A DNA stretch of 64,000 nt from Candidatus Aminicenantes bacterium (GTDB lineage Bacteria; Acidobacteriota; Aminicenantia; Aminicenantales; Saccharicenantaceae), in assembly GCA_963784525.1 (NCBI GenBank), contig CAWART010000001.1, positions 192,767 to 256,766 of the forward strand. The letters are read 5' to 3'. Shown here piece after piece: positions 55,009 through 64,000 of this stretch. Positions within the stretch are counted from its first letter, which is position 1, and every line of letters starts with the position of its first letter. The translations under genes and the position numbers were made by a program. Under the pieces are notes generated by a model that had not been told where the DNA came from, did not search any database, and saw nothing but the letters and a program-made list of their open reading frames with translations.

Positions 55009-58000
55009 ATGATGAGAGGATCCTGCGGGAACATGCCCGCGCGCGTGCTGATCGCGCTCTTCTGCATTTCTCTCCTGGTCCCCGTCGTCGGGGCCCAGTC
55101 CATTCTGGACGGGAAGATCGTGGGAACGATCACCGACGACAAGGGGGAGGCTCTTCCCGGAGCGACCGTGGAGGTCACGAGCCCCGCCCTGATCGGGAAG
55201 CGCTCGGCGGTCACCTCGGCCAGGGGAACCTACGTGTTCCTCAAACTGCCGGGGGGGACCTACAAGCTCACGGCGTCGATGCCCAACTTCAAGACCCTCG
55301 TCCAGGAGAACATCGTCGTGACGGCGGGGAGCTCGGAGACGGTCAACATGGCCCTGCCGATGGGGGCCATCGAGGAGACCGTGACCGTGACGGGCGCGGC
55401 GCCGGTGGTCGACGTCAAGACCTCGTCGATCGACTCCAAGATCAGCCGGGAGATGCTGGACAAACTGCCCACGAGCCGCGACTCGTTCTATGACCTGTCG
55501 CTGTCCACTCCCGGCATGTTCGACGTCGGCAAGAACGTCATGGGGAGCCCGACCGCGTACGGCGGCTCGACCCAGGAGAACATCTTCCTGGTCAACGGCG
55601 TCGACACGACCAACCCCCGCGGGGCCGCTTGGGGGTCCATGATCAACGTCAATTACGACAACGTCGAGGAGGTCCGCATCATCTCCCTGGGGAGCAAGGC
55701 GGAGTACGGCAACTTCTCGGGCGCGGCCATCGACGTCATCACCAAGTCCGGATCGAACGAATTCCATGCCTCCCTGGCCGGATACGGCCAGCTGGGAACG
55801 CCGAAGGCCGGCGCTCCGAGCGCGAACAGCCTGGGCCGGGACTGGCTGTTCCTCGAGCCCGGGGACGACTACCGGGCCTATCCGAAATCGAACCTCGAGC
55901 TCGATCTGACCGTCAGCGGCCCGTTCATCTCCAGCAAGCTGTGGTTCTTTGCGGCCGGGAACTATATCAATTCGAAGGACAAGCTCCTGAATTGGGAGCC
56001 TTTCGGCCGGTTCACCGGGCGGTACGCGGACATCAAGATCACCGGCGCCCCGTTCAAGAACAATTACGCCTGGATATCCTACCATTATGAGAAGAACGAG
56101 GGCGGGGGGACGACCGACGGGTCCCTGAACTGGGATCCGTCCATGGCCTATGACAGCTTTGACCAGAGCCAGGCCCTGTCCTCGCAGTGGCAATGGATCC
56201 CCAGCCCCGCGACGATCTTTTCGGTGAAGTTCCTGGGATTCCTGGTCAACAGCCGGAGCGATCTGCCCGACGACGCTCCCGACCACGCGGGATACATCAA
56301 CTGGTGGAAGGCCGTGCCCTTCGACATGGGCGTCGGCGGCGCGTTCATGGGCTGGAACCACGAGAAGACCAGCCGGACGACCATCCAGGCGGACCTCTCG
56401 CATTATGCGGAGAATTTCCTGGGGGAACACGACATCAAGTTCGGCCTCCAGTACACGCGCGGGCGCCTCAAAGGCCAGGGCGGGAACTTCTTCGGCAAGG
56501 AGCTCATCGACCCGAACACCGGGGAGGACCTCGGATTCTTCGGCTATTACCAGACCGCCTATCTGTATCGCTGGACCTATGTCCAATCGTACATGGAGAG
56601 CTGGTACGGCGACACCGGCCTGATGATGTACGTCAGCCGGGGCTATGAAAAGCCCCGCCTTACGGTCCGCCAGACCGACTCTCTTGGGATCTTCTTCGAC
56701 GACCAGTGGACGCCGACCAAGCGGCTGACCCTGAACCTCGGCCTCCGCTTCGACAAGCAGACCGCCAAGTTCGGCCCGGGGAAGTATTATGAACAGCCGA
56801 CGACGCCCCAGGGCTTCCGTGATCCGCTGACGTTCGTCCGCGACCGGGCGGGGTCGGGGAACCTCTTCGACTTCAAGAACTGGTCGCCGAGGGTCGGCCT
56901 GACCTATCAGCTGACCAACGACCAGAAGACGGTCCTCAAGGCCAGCTTCGGGCGCTACTATACGCCGCTCGGCGTGGAGAGCTTCGGCTCCGGCGGGCCG
57001 GATCAGGACCGCGGATACGGCGAAACCTTCTTCTATCTCATCCCGTTCGACGGGCTCGACGAGAACGGCGACGGGATCATCTTCGGCAACGACGTCGCCC
57101 GGGCCACGCGGCTGATCGCGGGACGGAACCCCATCAACGAGGGCGACTTCGCGAACCTCTTCGATTACAGCGATCCGTCCTGGGGCCTGAAGGTCCAGCC
57201 CGGGATGAAGAACCAGCACACCGACCAGTTCACGGTCAGCCTGGAACGCGAACTGTTCAAGAACTTCACGCTCGCCCTGACCTATATCCATCGCAACGCC
57301 AGGGACATGATCGTTCAGTGGCCCCTGAACCAGGTGACCCAACAGCCGTGGGAGTACGAGAACAAGACCCAGACCATCAACGGCCGTGAAACCGTGCTCT
57401 ACAGCATCGTCCTGAAGGATTATGACGGCAACGGGGCCATCGACGGCGACGACATCCGGTGGATCGGCAACAATTCGGACTACGAGTGGCGCAACATGCC
57501 CGATATGGGGGGCAAGAAGGCCCAGCGCCTGTTCCAGGGCGTTCAGCTGACGTTCACCAAGCGCTATTCCGACCGTTGGCAGATGATGGGCTCCCTGCTC
57601 TACAACCACTCGTCCGGCATGGCCGGGCGCAACAAGCGCCAGGACCAGGACTACAACATGGAGGGCATGAACATCTGGAGCGACCGGTGGCTGGCGGGAC
57701 TCAACCAGACCGTCCAGAACATGGAAGGCCCCCTGCCGTTCACGCCCAAGTTCGAGTTCAAGGTCGGCGGCAACTACACCATCCCCGGCATCGAGGTCGA
57801 CCTCGGCCTGCGGTTCCGCTTCCACACCGGCCGGCCGGTGTGGGTCCTGGCGGACGTTCGGCCGCTCGACCAGTGGAACTATGATCCGGAGGACGCCGAC
57901 CTGCTGGCCCATGCCGTGATCCTCGAGTCCAGCGGCGGGATGCCGGGCCAGATCGTGGCTCAGGACCCGACCGATCCGCTCTATCTGCCGGCACAGAAGA

Positions 58001-58212
58001 TCCTCGACCTGCGCCTGGAAAAGGCCTTCACGCTGGGCCGGTACAAGATGCGCGTCACGCTCGACGGCTTCAACGTCTTCGACTCCAAGGACGTGACCAA
58101 CGCCATGTGCAAGCGGATCGAGGTCGCGGGCGTTCTGGCCCGGGACGTCGGCCGCGTCGTCGGCATCGTTTCGCCCCGCCACTTCCGTCTGGGGGTCATT
58201 TTCAGCTTCTGA
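55009..58212 (+). CDS. TonB-dependent receptor-like outer-membrane protein with N-terminal carboxypeptidase-regulatory-like domain (Oar-like)
   Basis: Signal peptide ARVLIALFCISLLVPVVGAQ. CarboxypepD_reg-like ILDGKIVGTITDDKGEALPGATVEVT...GTYVFLKLPGGTYKL. Plug-like NIFLVNGVDTTNP. A long beta-barrel ends in the aromatic RLGVIFSF. Confidence 0.8.
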   Translation: MMRGSCGNMPARVLIALFCISLLVPVVGAQSILDGKIVGTITDDKGEALPGATVEVTSPALIGKRSAVTSARGTYVFLKLPGGTYKLTASMPNFKTLVQENIVVTAGSSETVNMALPMGAIEETVTVTGAAPVVDVKTSSIDSKISREMLDKLPTSRDSFYDLSLSTPGMFDVGKNVMGSPTAYGGSTQENIFLVNGVDTTNPRGAAWGSMINVNYDNVEEVRIISLGSKAEYGNFSGAAIDVITKSGSNEFHASLAGYGQLGTPKAGAPSANSLGRDWLFLEPGDDYRAYPKSNLELDLTVSGPFISSKLWFFAAGNYINSKDKLLNWEPFGRFTGRYADIKITGAPFKNNYAWISYHYEKNEGGGTTDGSLNWDPSMAYDSFDQSQALSSQWQWIPSPATIFSVKFLGFLVNSRSDLPDDAPDHAGYINWWKAVPFDMGVGGAFMGWNHEKTSRTTIQADLSHYAENFLGEHDIKFGLQYTRGRLKGQGGNFFGKELIDPNTGEDLGFFGYYQTAYLYRWTYVQSYMESWYGDTGLMMYVSRGYEKPRLTVRQTDSLGIFFDDQWTPTKRLTLNLGLRFDKQTAKFGPGKYYEQPTTPQGFRDPLTFVRDRAGSGNLFDFKNWSPRVGLTYQLTNDQKTVLKASFGRYYTPLGVESFGSGGPDQDRGYGETFFYLIPFDGLDENGDGIIFGNDVARATRLIAGRNPINEGDFANLFDYSDPSWGLKVQPGMKNQHTDQFTVSLERELFKNFTLALTYIHRNARDMIVQWPLNQVTQQPWEYENKTQTINGRETVLYSIVLKDYDGNGAIDGDDIRWIGNNSDYEWRNMPDMGGKKAQRLFQGVQLTFTKRYSDRWQMMGSLLYNHSSGMAGRNKRQDQDYNMEGMNIWSDRWLAGLNQTVQNMEGPLPFTPKFEFKVGGNYTIPGIEVDLGLRFRFHTGRPVWVLADVRPLDQWNYDPEDADLLAHAVILESSGGMPGQIVAQDPTDPLYLPAQKILDLRLEKAFTLGRYKMRVTLDGFNVFDSKDVTNAMCKRIEVAGVLARDVGRVVGIVSPRHFRLGVIFSF

Positions 58213-58335
58213 CGAGCGATGCTTCGGAGGGGGGAGAGGGCCCGGCCCGCTCCCCCCTTTTTTTATGGTCCCCGGCTCCCGGGGAACATCGGATTCCCCT
58301 TTGCAAACGCGGGCCAAGGTCATAGAATAAGGGGC

Positions 58336-59445
58336 ATGAGATCCGAGATGAAACCGGGCGAGAGGCTGTGGTCCCTGGACACGCTCCGGGGATTCGACAT
58401 GTTCTGGATCATCGGCGGGGACGCCTTCTTTCGGACGCTGGCGGACGTCACCGGGTGGGGGTGGGCCCGGTTCGGCGCCTTTCAGCTGGACCACGCCGAG
58501 TGGGCGGGCTTCCACTTCTACGATCTCATCTTCCCTCTCTTCATGTTCATCTCCGGGGTCGCCATCCCCTTCTCCCTGCTCGCGAAGGCGGATGGCGGGG
58601 CGCCCAAGGCCGGGACCTACGGAAAGCTCGTCAAGCGGGGCCTCATCCTGGTCCTCCTGGGGATCCTCTACAACGGCTTCCTGAAGACGGGTCCCGCGGC
58701 CGCCCGCTATCCCAGCGTGCTCGGCCAGATAGGGCTCGCTTATCTTTTCGCGAGCCTCATCATGCTGAACGTCAAGTCCCTCAAGGGGAGGATCGGCGCC
58801 GCCCTGGCGATCCTCGGAGGGTACTCCGCCGTCCAGCTCCTCGTCCCGGTCCCGGGCGTCGGCGCCGGGGTCCTGACCCCGGAAGGGACGATCAACGGAT
58901 TCGTGGACCGGCTTCTCGTGCCGGGACGGCTCTACGACGGCGTCTTCGATCCGGAGGGTGTCCTGTGCGTGCTCTCGGCGGTGAGCGTCACGCTCCTGGG
59001 CGGGATCGCGGGCGCGATCCTCCGGTCCGATAAGGGAAGCGGCTATCGCAAGGCCGCTATCCTGACCCTGGCCGGGGTCGGGCTCGCCGGCGCGGGATTC
59101 GGGCTCGGTCACGCGTACCCCATCATCAAGAAGGCCTGGACCGCGACGTTCGACATGTACGCCGCCGGCCTCTCCTTCCTCCTCCTGGCGCTGTTCTATC
59201 TCGTCGTCGACGTGTGGAAGATCAGGAAATGGACCTTCTTCTTCCGCGTCGTCGGCCTGAACTCGATCACCATCTACCTGGGCAAACGCCTCATCGATTT
59301 CTCGTTCTCCAGCGAATTCCTTTTCGGGGGCCTGGCGGGACTTGCCGGCCGGTTCCAGCCCGTGGTCATCATTGTCGGCACCGTCGCCGTCGAATGGGTC
59401 TTCCTCTATTTCCTGTATAAGAAGAAGATCTTCCTCCGGGTCTGA
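58336..59445 (+). CDS. DUF5009 / HGSNAT-like integral-membrane acyltransferase
   Basis: RLWSLDTLRGFDMFWIIGGD at the N-terminus, followed by about 11 hydrophobic helices. Start ATG 58336 was chosen over the longer ORF from 58219. Confidence 0.65.
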   Translation: MRSEMKPGERLWSLDTLRGFDMFWIIGGDAFFRTLADVTGWGWARFGAFQLDHAEWAGFHFYDLIFPLFMFISGVAIPFSLLAKADGGAPKAGTYGKLVKRGLILVLLGILYNGFLKTGPAAARYPSVLGQIGLAYLFASLIMLNVKSLKGRIGAALAILGGYSAVQLLVPVPGVGAGVLTPEGTINGFVDRLLVPGRLYDGVFDPEGVLCVLSAVSVTLLGGIAGAILRSDKGSGYRKAAILTLAGVGLAGAGFGLGHAYPIIKKAWTATFDMYAAGLSFLLLALFYLVVDVWKIRKWTFFFRVVGLNSITIYLGKRLIDFSFSSEFLFGGLAGLAGRFQPVVIIVGTVAVEWVFLYFLYKKKIFLRV

Positions 59446-59466
59446 CGGGCTCGAGAGAAGGAGGCC

Positions 59467-62400
59467 ATGCCGTCCCGAACGTCCCCAGCGGTCCCCGGCC
59501 GTTCCGGCGGGGGAGGATCCGTCCTTACGGCCGGCGCGAACCCGTCGTCCCCCGAGTTCGTCCTCCTCAAGGCCTCGGCCGGGTCCGGAAAGACCCACGC
59601 CCTGTCCCGTCGATTCGCCGATTTTCTGCTGGCCCCGGGCACCTCGGGCGAAGTCCCCCGCGGCCTGCCCAACATCCTGGCCATCACCTTCACCCGGACG
59701 GCCGCCCGGGAGATGAAAGAGCGGATCCTGGCCTGGCTCAAGGAGGGTTTCTCGGGCGAGGGGAGCATGGCGGCACAGCTCCTCCGGGATTACGGCGTAT
59801 CAAAAGCGGAGCTCGCCCGCCGGGCCGAGGAAGCCGTGGAGAAGATCCTCGCCGGCTACACGGATTTCCAGGTGGAGACGATCGACAGTTTTACCGCCAT
59901 GCTCTTCCGCTCCCTGGCCGTGGACATGGGCTACGCTCCGGACTTCGAGATCGCCCTCGAACACAGCGACCTCATCGAGTACGCCTTCGCCCGGTTCCTG
60001 CGGCGGGTCAGGGAGACGACGGCCGAGGGCGCGACGTTCCGTGAGATCCTGGATTACCTGGTCCTCCAACGCGGCGAAAAGTCCCGCTACGCCTGGGACC
60101 CGACGCCCGGGATCCTCGAGCGCTTGAACAAGCTCCAGTCCCGGTTGGCCGCCCAGCCCCAAAGCCTCGTCCTCGACGATCTCGGGCCCGCGAGATCGGA
60201 CGTCATCCGGAAGATCACGGCGACGGCCGCCGCGTTGAAGAAAGAGGTCGACGCGTCGGGGCTCGCCCTCAGCGCCCGCGGCCATTACGGGAAAAAGATC
60301 CTCCCGGCGATCGAGGACCGTCGGTTCGCCGACCTGCTCGACTGCAGCTTCAAGACGTTTCCCGTGAAGGCGGGCAAAGCGGCCCAGGGCGCGGCGGCTG
60401 AAGCGGTCGGGCAGATCCGGACCCAATGGACCTCCCTTGAGGATCATGTCCGGGAATACGCGCGGCTCTATGCCCGGGATTTTTTTCTCCCTTACCTCCG
60501 TGCCTACCGGTCCCTGCAATCGACCCTGGACGCGGTCAAGCGCCGGCAGGGCATCCTCTTCATCGAGGACGTCAACCAGGAGCTGTCCCACACCCTCGAT
60601 AAAGGCATCGTGCCCGACGTCTATTTTCGGCTCGGGGACCGCATCTATCATTATCTCGTCGACGAATTCCAGGACACCTCGCCCATCCAATGGCGGAACC
60701 TCGAGCCGCTCATCGAGGAATCCCTGGGGAAAGGGGGAGCCTTTTTCTCGTCGGCGACACCAAACAGGCGATCTACGGCTTCCGCGACGCCGATTACCGG
60801 ATCATGCGGCATCTGGAGGCTGAACCGGGCCATTTCGGATCGGTTCGAGCTTCGATTCGCGAACTGAAAACGAATTACCGGAGCGACCAGGTCCTCCTTG
60901 ACTTCGTGAAGGAGCTGTTCCTCGGCCTCGGGGACGACCCCGACGGGAACTCGCCCGAGTACGGGCGACTGGCCGCGCTCTCCGGCCTCCTGGATTTCGA
61001 CCAATCCGTCCTGCCCGGGCGCGAAGGACGGGGGCTTGTGAGCTATGTCCTTCTGGAAAAAGAAGCGGCCGCCGCGGCCGGAGAGGAGGAGGCGGAAGCG
61101 GAGACCGCGGACGAAGAGGACGCGACGCCCGACGTCGTCGAGGATTCTCCCGAAAAGGCCGAGCTCCAGCGCCTCGTGACCGGACTGAGGCGACGCGGAT
61201 GGCGGGCCTCCGACATCGCCGTCCTGACATACAAGAACGACGACGTCGTCCGGGTCGCATCCTGGCTCGATGAGTTGAACATCCCCTTCATCCCCTTCAG
61301 CAGCCTGGATATCCGCGGCCGGAAGATCGTCGGCGAGATCCTGTCCTTCCTCCGCTTCCTGGACGCCCCGCCCGACGACCTGGCTTTCGCCGAAGTCCTC
61401 CTCGGAGATATATTCGCCTCTCTCCCGACGGAGGAGGCCGGCCCCCTCGGCCCCGACGCCGACTTCCTCGATATCGGGGCCCGCCGCCGGTTCCTCCAGG
61501 AATGCTACCGGGACAGGGACCTCCCGCTCTACACCGCCCTCCGCCGCCGCCGGCCCGGGCTCTGGGACCGGTATTTCGAGCCGTTCTTCAAGAGCGTCGG
61601 CTATCTGCCTCTGTACGATCTCGTCACCCGCATCTACCGCGTCTTCGACGTCTTCCGGCTCTTCCCCCGCGAGGAGGCCTCCCTGACCAAGCTCCTCGAG
61701 GCCATCAAAGGCTTCGAAGGGGAAGGGCGGAACGACCTGCGCGAATTCCTCCGCTTCACCGGCAAGGAGGAGGACGCCGACGCGAATTGGACGATCGACA
61801 TCCCTCGCGAGATCGACGCCGTCCGGATCATGAGCATCCACAAGGCCAAGGGGGCCGATTTCCCCGTCGTGATCTGCCTCCTGTTCGGCGACAAGCTGCA
61901 TGCCGAGGATTTCCACCTCTTCTCCGACGAGAAGGGCGTTCATGTCTACAAGATCAACAAGACGCTGGCCGCGACCGACCCGGAGTTGGCCAGGACCTAC
62001 GACGAGCGCCGGGATCGGGAGTGGGTGGACAAGCTCAACGCCCTTTATGTCGCCCTGACCCGGGCCAAACACGAGCTCCACATCATCGGTCTCAAGAAGG
62101 GCTCCGACAAATTCCCGTTCGATCTCCTGGGGCGGGTGTTCGATCCGAAAGGACAGACTCCCGTAGCCGTCCCGGGGGCCGCCCGGTACGAATTCACGCG
62201 GGGTGCGGCGACGGCGCCCGAAGGGGCGAAGGGCGGGATCGAGGCGCCCGGCCGTCCCGTAGAACATCGCGGGGGGCCGTTCGAACCGCCGGTCAACACG
62301 CGCGAGACGCTGAACCTCGCCCGGATCAAGCGCGGTGAGTGGATCCACCGCCTGTTGGCGGAGATCGAATTCGTCCGGGAAGGATGGACGGCGGAGGTCG

Positions 62401-62792
62401 CGGCGGCGCTCGGACGGCTTCGCCCTTCGGGGCCCGAAGCTCCCGTCGCCGGGGAGGCGGCGGAGACCCTGGTCCGCGCTTTCGAGGGCTCTCCCGGAGC
62501 CGCCTGGTTCGAGCCGCTTCCCGGCCGCCGCGCGTTCCGCGAATTCGACGTCTGCGACGCCTCGGGCAACGTGAGCCGGATGGACAGGGTCATCGTCGAT
62601 CCCGACGCCGTCCTTGTCGTCGATTATAAAACAGGCGTCGAAAAGGATCCGGCGAGGCGGTCCAGGTTCGAGGACGAGGACCGGGCCCAGGTGGGGCGGT
62701 ACGTCGCCTTGATGAAGGAGATCTATCCCGGCCGTCCCGTCGGCGGCGTCCTGGCGTATCTCGATCAGCGTCGATTCGAGGTCGTGGAATGA
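59467..62792 (+). pseudogene. AddA-like UvrD-family helicase with C-terminal PD-(D/E)XK nuclease, split by one frame shift
   Basis: Walker A LLKASAGSGKTHAL, ILAITFTRTAAREM, YLVDEFQDTSPIQW. After the break come LFLVGDTKQAIYGFRDADY and MSIHKAKGADFPVV, then the nuclease motif MDRVIVDPDAVLVVDYKTG. The break is in G5/T5 runs at 60733-60746. Confidence 0.8.
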
Positions 62793-64000
62793 ACGCCGCC
62801 CGGGTCCGTCTCGTTTCCCCGCGAGAGGGCCTGATCGCGGCCGTCGCCGCGAGGCTGCCCGAAGCCGGGAGGGATCTTTCCCGGTCCTGGGTCGTCTTCC
62901 CCGAGCGCCGGCCCGCTTACTACCTCCGGAAGACGCTGGCCCGGCGCTTCGGCGCGGGCTTCATCCCGCCGCGGATCGAATCCCTCGACACGTTCGTGAA
63001 CCGCGTCTATACCGAACGGCTCGGCCGCCGCGACCGGTCGATCGGGGTCCTCGACGCCGTCGCCCTCCTTCTCGAGATCCAGCGGAGCGCCCCCGAACAG
63101 CTCGGCCGTGACCGCTTCCTGACGGCCGACCATTTCTTCCCCCTCGGGGTCAAGCTCTACCACGATCTCGAGGAATTGACGTCGGCCCGGGTGGAGGGCG
63201 AGGACCTGCGAAGCGTCGATCTATCGGTCCAGGACGCCGTGTCCGGAACGGGGCCCGACCTCCTGACCGACCGCTCCCGGGCCCGCCTCCAGGACCTGTC
63301 GTATTTCCATGAGCGGTTCCTCGAAGCGCTCTCGGAGCGGGGGTTGTCGACTCCGGCCGGGCGCCTGCGGGCCGTGGCCGACGGGATCGATCGCGCGCTC
63401 TTTCCCGACGGCGACAGATTCATCTTCGCCGGGTTCTTTTCCCTGAACAAGGTCGAAGAGGAGCTCATCGGCAAACTTCTCGGCTGGGAGGACTTCACCC
63501 TTCTTCTTCATCAGGCCAAGGGGATCGAAAGGGTTCTCGGGAAGCTCGGGCTCACCGAGGCCGAGATCGCCGAGGCCCTCGCCGCCGCCGGGGCGGCAGC
63601 CGGGCCGGAGCCCGAGATCACGTTCACGAAATGCCCGGATACGCACGGCCAGGTCTTTGCCCTCAATTCCGTCCTCCGGGACCAGCTGGCCGCCCCGAGC
63701 TCATTCCATGAACGACAGGTCGTGGTCCTGCCGGCCTCGGAAACCCTGTTCCCTCTCTACCAACAGACGCTCGCCGGCCTCCATCCCGACGAATTCAACA
63801 TTTCCCTCGGATACCCGCTCACCCGGACGCCGATCTTCACCTTTTTCGAGCGACTCCTCGACGTCTTCCGGACGGCCGACGAGGACGGCCGCGTGTACGC
63901 GCCCGATTATCTCCGGTTCGTCCTCCATCCGTATACGAAGAACCTGTATTTTCCCGGGCTCGAGCGCCGCTCCGACCTCACCCGCATCCTGTTCCACGCC
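62789..64000 (+). CDS. AddB/RecC-like partner subunit (PD-(D/E)XK nuclease family protein), 3' end outside the window
   Basis: ATG 62789 overlaps the upstream stop (ATGA). The frame is open for all 404 codons to the window edge. There is no Walker A in this part. Identification rests mainly on operon context with the AddA-like gene. Confidence 0.5.
   Translation, partial: MNAARVRLVSPREGLIAAVAARLPEAGRDLSRSWVVFPERRPAYYLRKTLARRFGAGFIPPRIESLDTFVNRVYTERLGRRDRSIGVLDAVALLLEIQRSAPEQLGRDRFLTADHFFPLGVKLYHDLEELTSARVEGEDLRSVDLSVQDAVSGTGPDLLTDRSRARLQDLSYFHERFLEALSERGLSTPAGRLRAVADGIDRALFPDGDRFIFAGFFSLNKVEEELIGKLLGWEDFTLLLHQAKGIERVLGKLGLTEAEIAEALAAAGAAAGPEPEITFTKCPDTHGQVFALNSVLRDQLAAPSSFHERQVVVLPASETLFPLYQQTLAGLHPDEFNISLGYPLTRTPIFTFFERLLDVFRTADEDGRVYAPDYLRFVLHPYTKNLYFPGLERRSDLTRILFHA

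Noticed and set aside
54946-59598. Very long minus-strand ORF (1550 aa)
   Set aside because: It runs antisense to three plus-strand genes with clear family signatures. Its product is low-complexity and rich in Arg/Pro/Gly/Asp/Glu. Long stop-free antisense frames are expected in DNA this GC-rich.
14167-62792. The six frame breaks as programmed ribosomal frameshifting or contingency loci
   Set aside because: The sites differ in sequence and direction and lack slippery heptamers or downstream structures. The tracts are only 4-6 nt, and the affected genes are unrelated housekeeping or metabolic genes. Sequencing or assembly indels are the simpler explanation, though I could not verify this.
1-64000. 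CRISPR arrays, rRNA genes, tRNA genes, integrases or prophage modules
   Set aside because: I saw no regularly spaced direct repeats, no rRNA-like conserved stretches and no phage-type gene sets while reading both strands. The only dispersed repeat found is the 70-bp palindrome (two copies).

Overview
GC-rich bacterial chromosomal segment (about two-thirds G+C by eye, not computed). It looks like a contig from an uncultivated organism. The gene content (Oar-like TonB receptor, secreted M28/S8/M49 peptidases, OPT peptide transporter, butyrate kinase plus phosphotransbutyrylase) would fit an Acidobacteriota/Aminicenantes-like proteolytic fermenter, but that is only a guess. I support about 50 protein genes on both strands. 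I saw no rRNA, tRNA or CRISPR array. Left to right: a partial IS256-like element with an AT-rich orphan ORF; housekeeping and metabolic genes (rlmN, ettA, buk-ptb, peptidases); a 10-kb glycan-modification cluster at 22.1-32.5 kb; an OPT transporter, aminotransferase, S8 peptidase and an ABC-2 pair; rsgA and DPP III; a membrane-anchored HTH/FG-GAP regulator divergent from a DmsABC-type molybdoenzyme operon; lipid genes (plsC, DAG-kinase-like); an Oar-like receptor plus a DUF5009 acyltransferase; and an AddAB-like helicase-nuclease pair running off the right edge. The glycan cluster holds 5 glycosyltransferases, a PAPS-type sulfotransferase, a SAM methyltransferase, an MsbA-like ABC exporter and an FAD oxidoreductase. 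The best candidate for something undescribed is this cluster, especially its terminal gene, which appears to fuse a Kdo-transferase-N-like domain to a CstII/GT42-like sialyltransferase-like domain. Two copies of a 70-bp near-perfect palindromic element (64/70 identical) bracket the cluster. Other notable points are six single-base frame breaks in four conserved genes (probably homopolymer indel errors), sigma70-like promoters that imply leaderless mRNAs, and unusual domain fusions (ankyrin+PD40; HTH+TM+FG-GAP). All family assignments come from motif recognition by eye and from memory. No database search was run.
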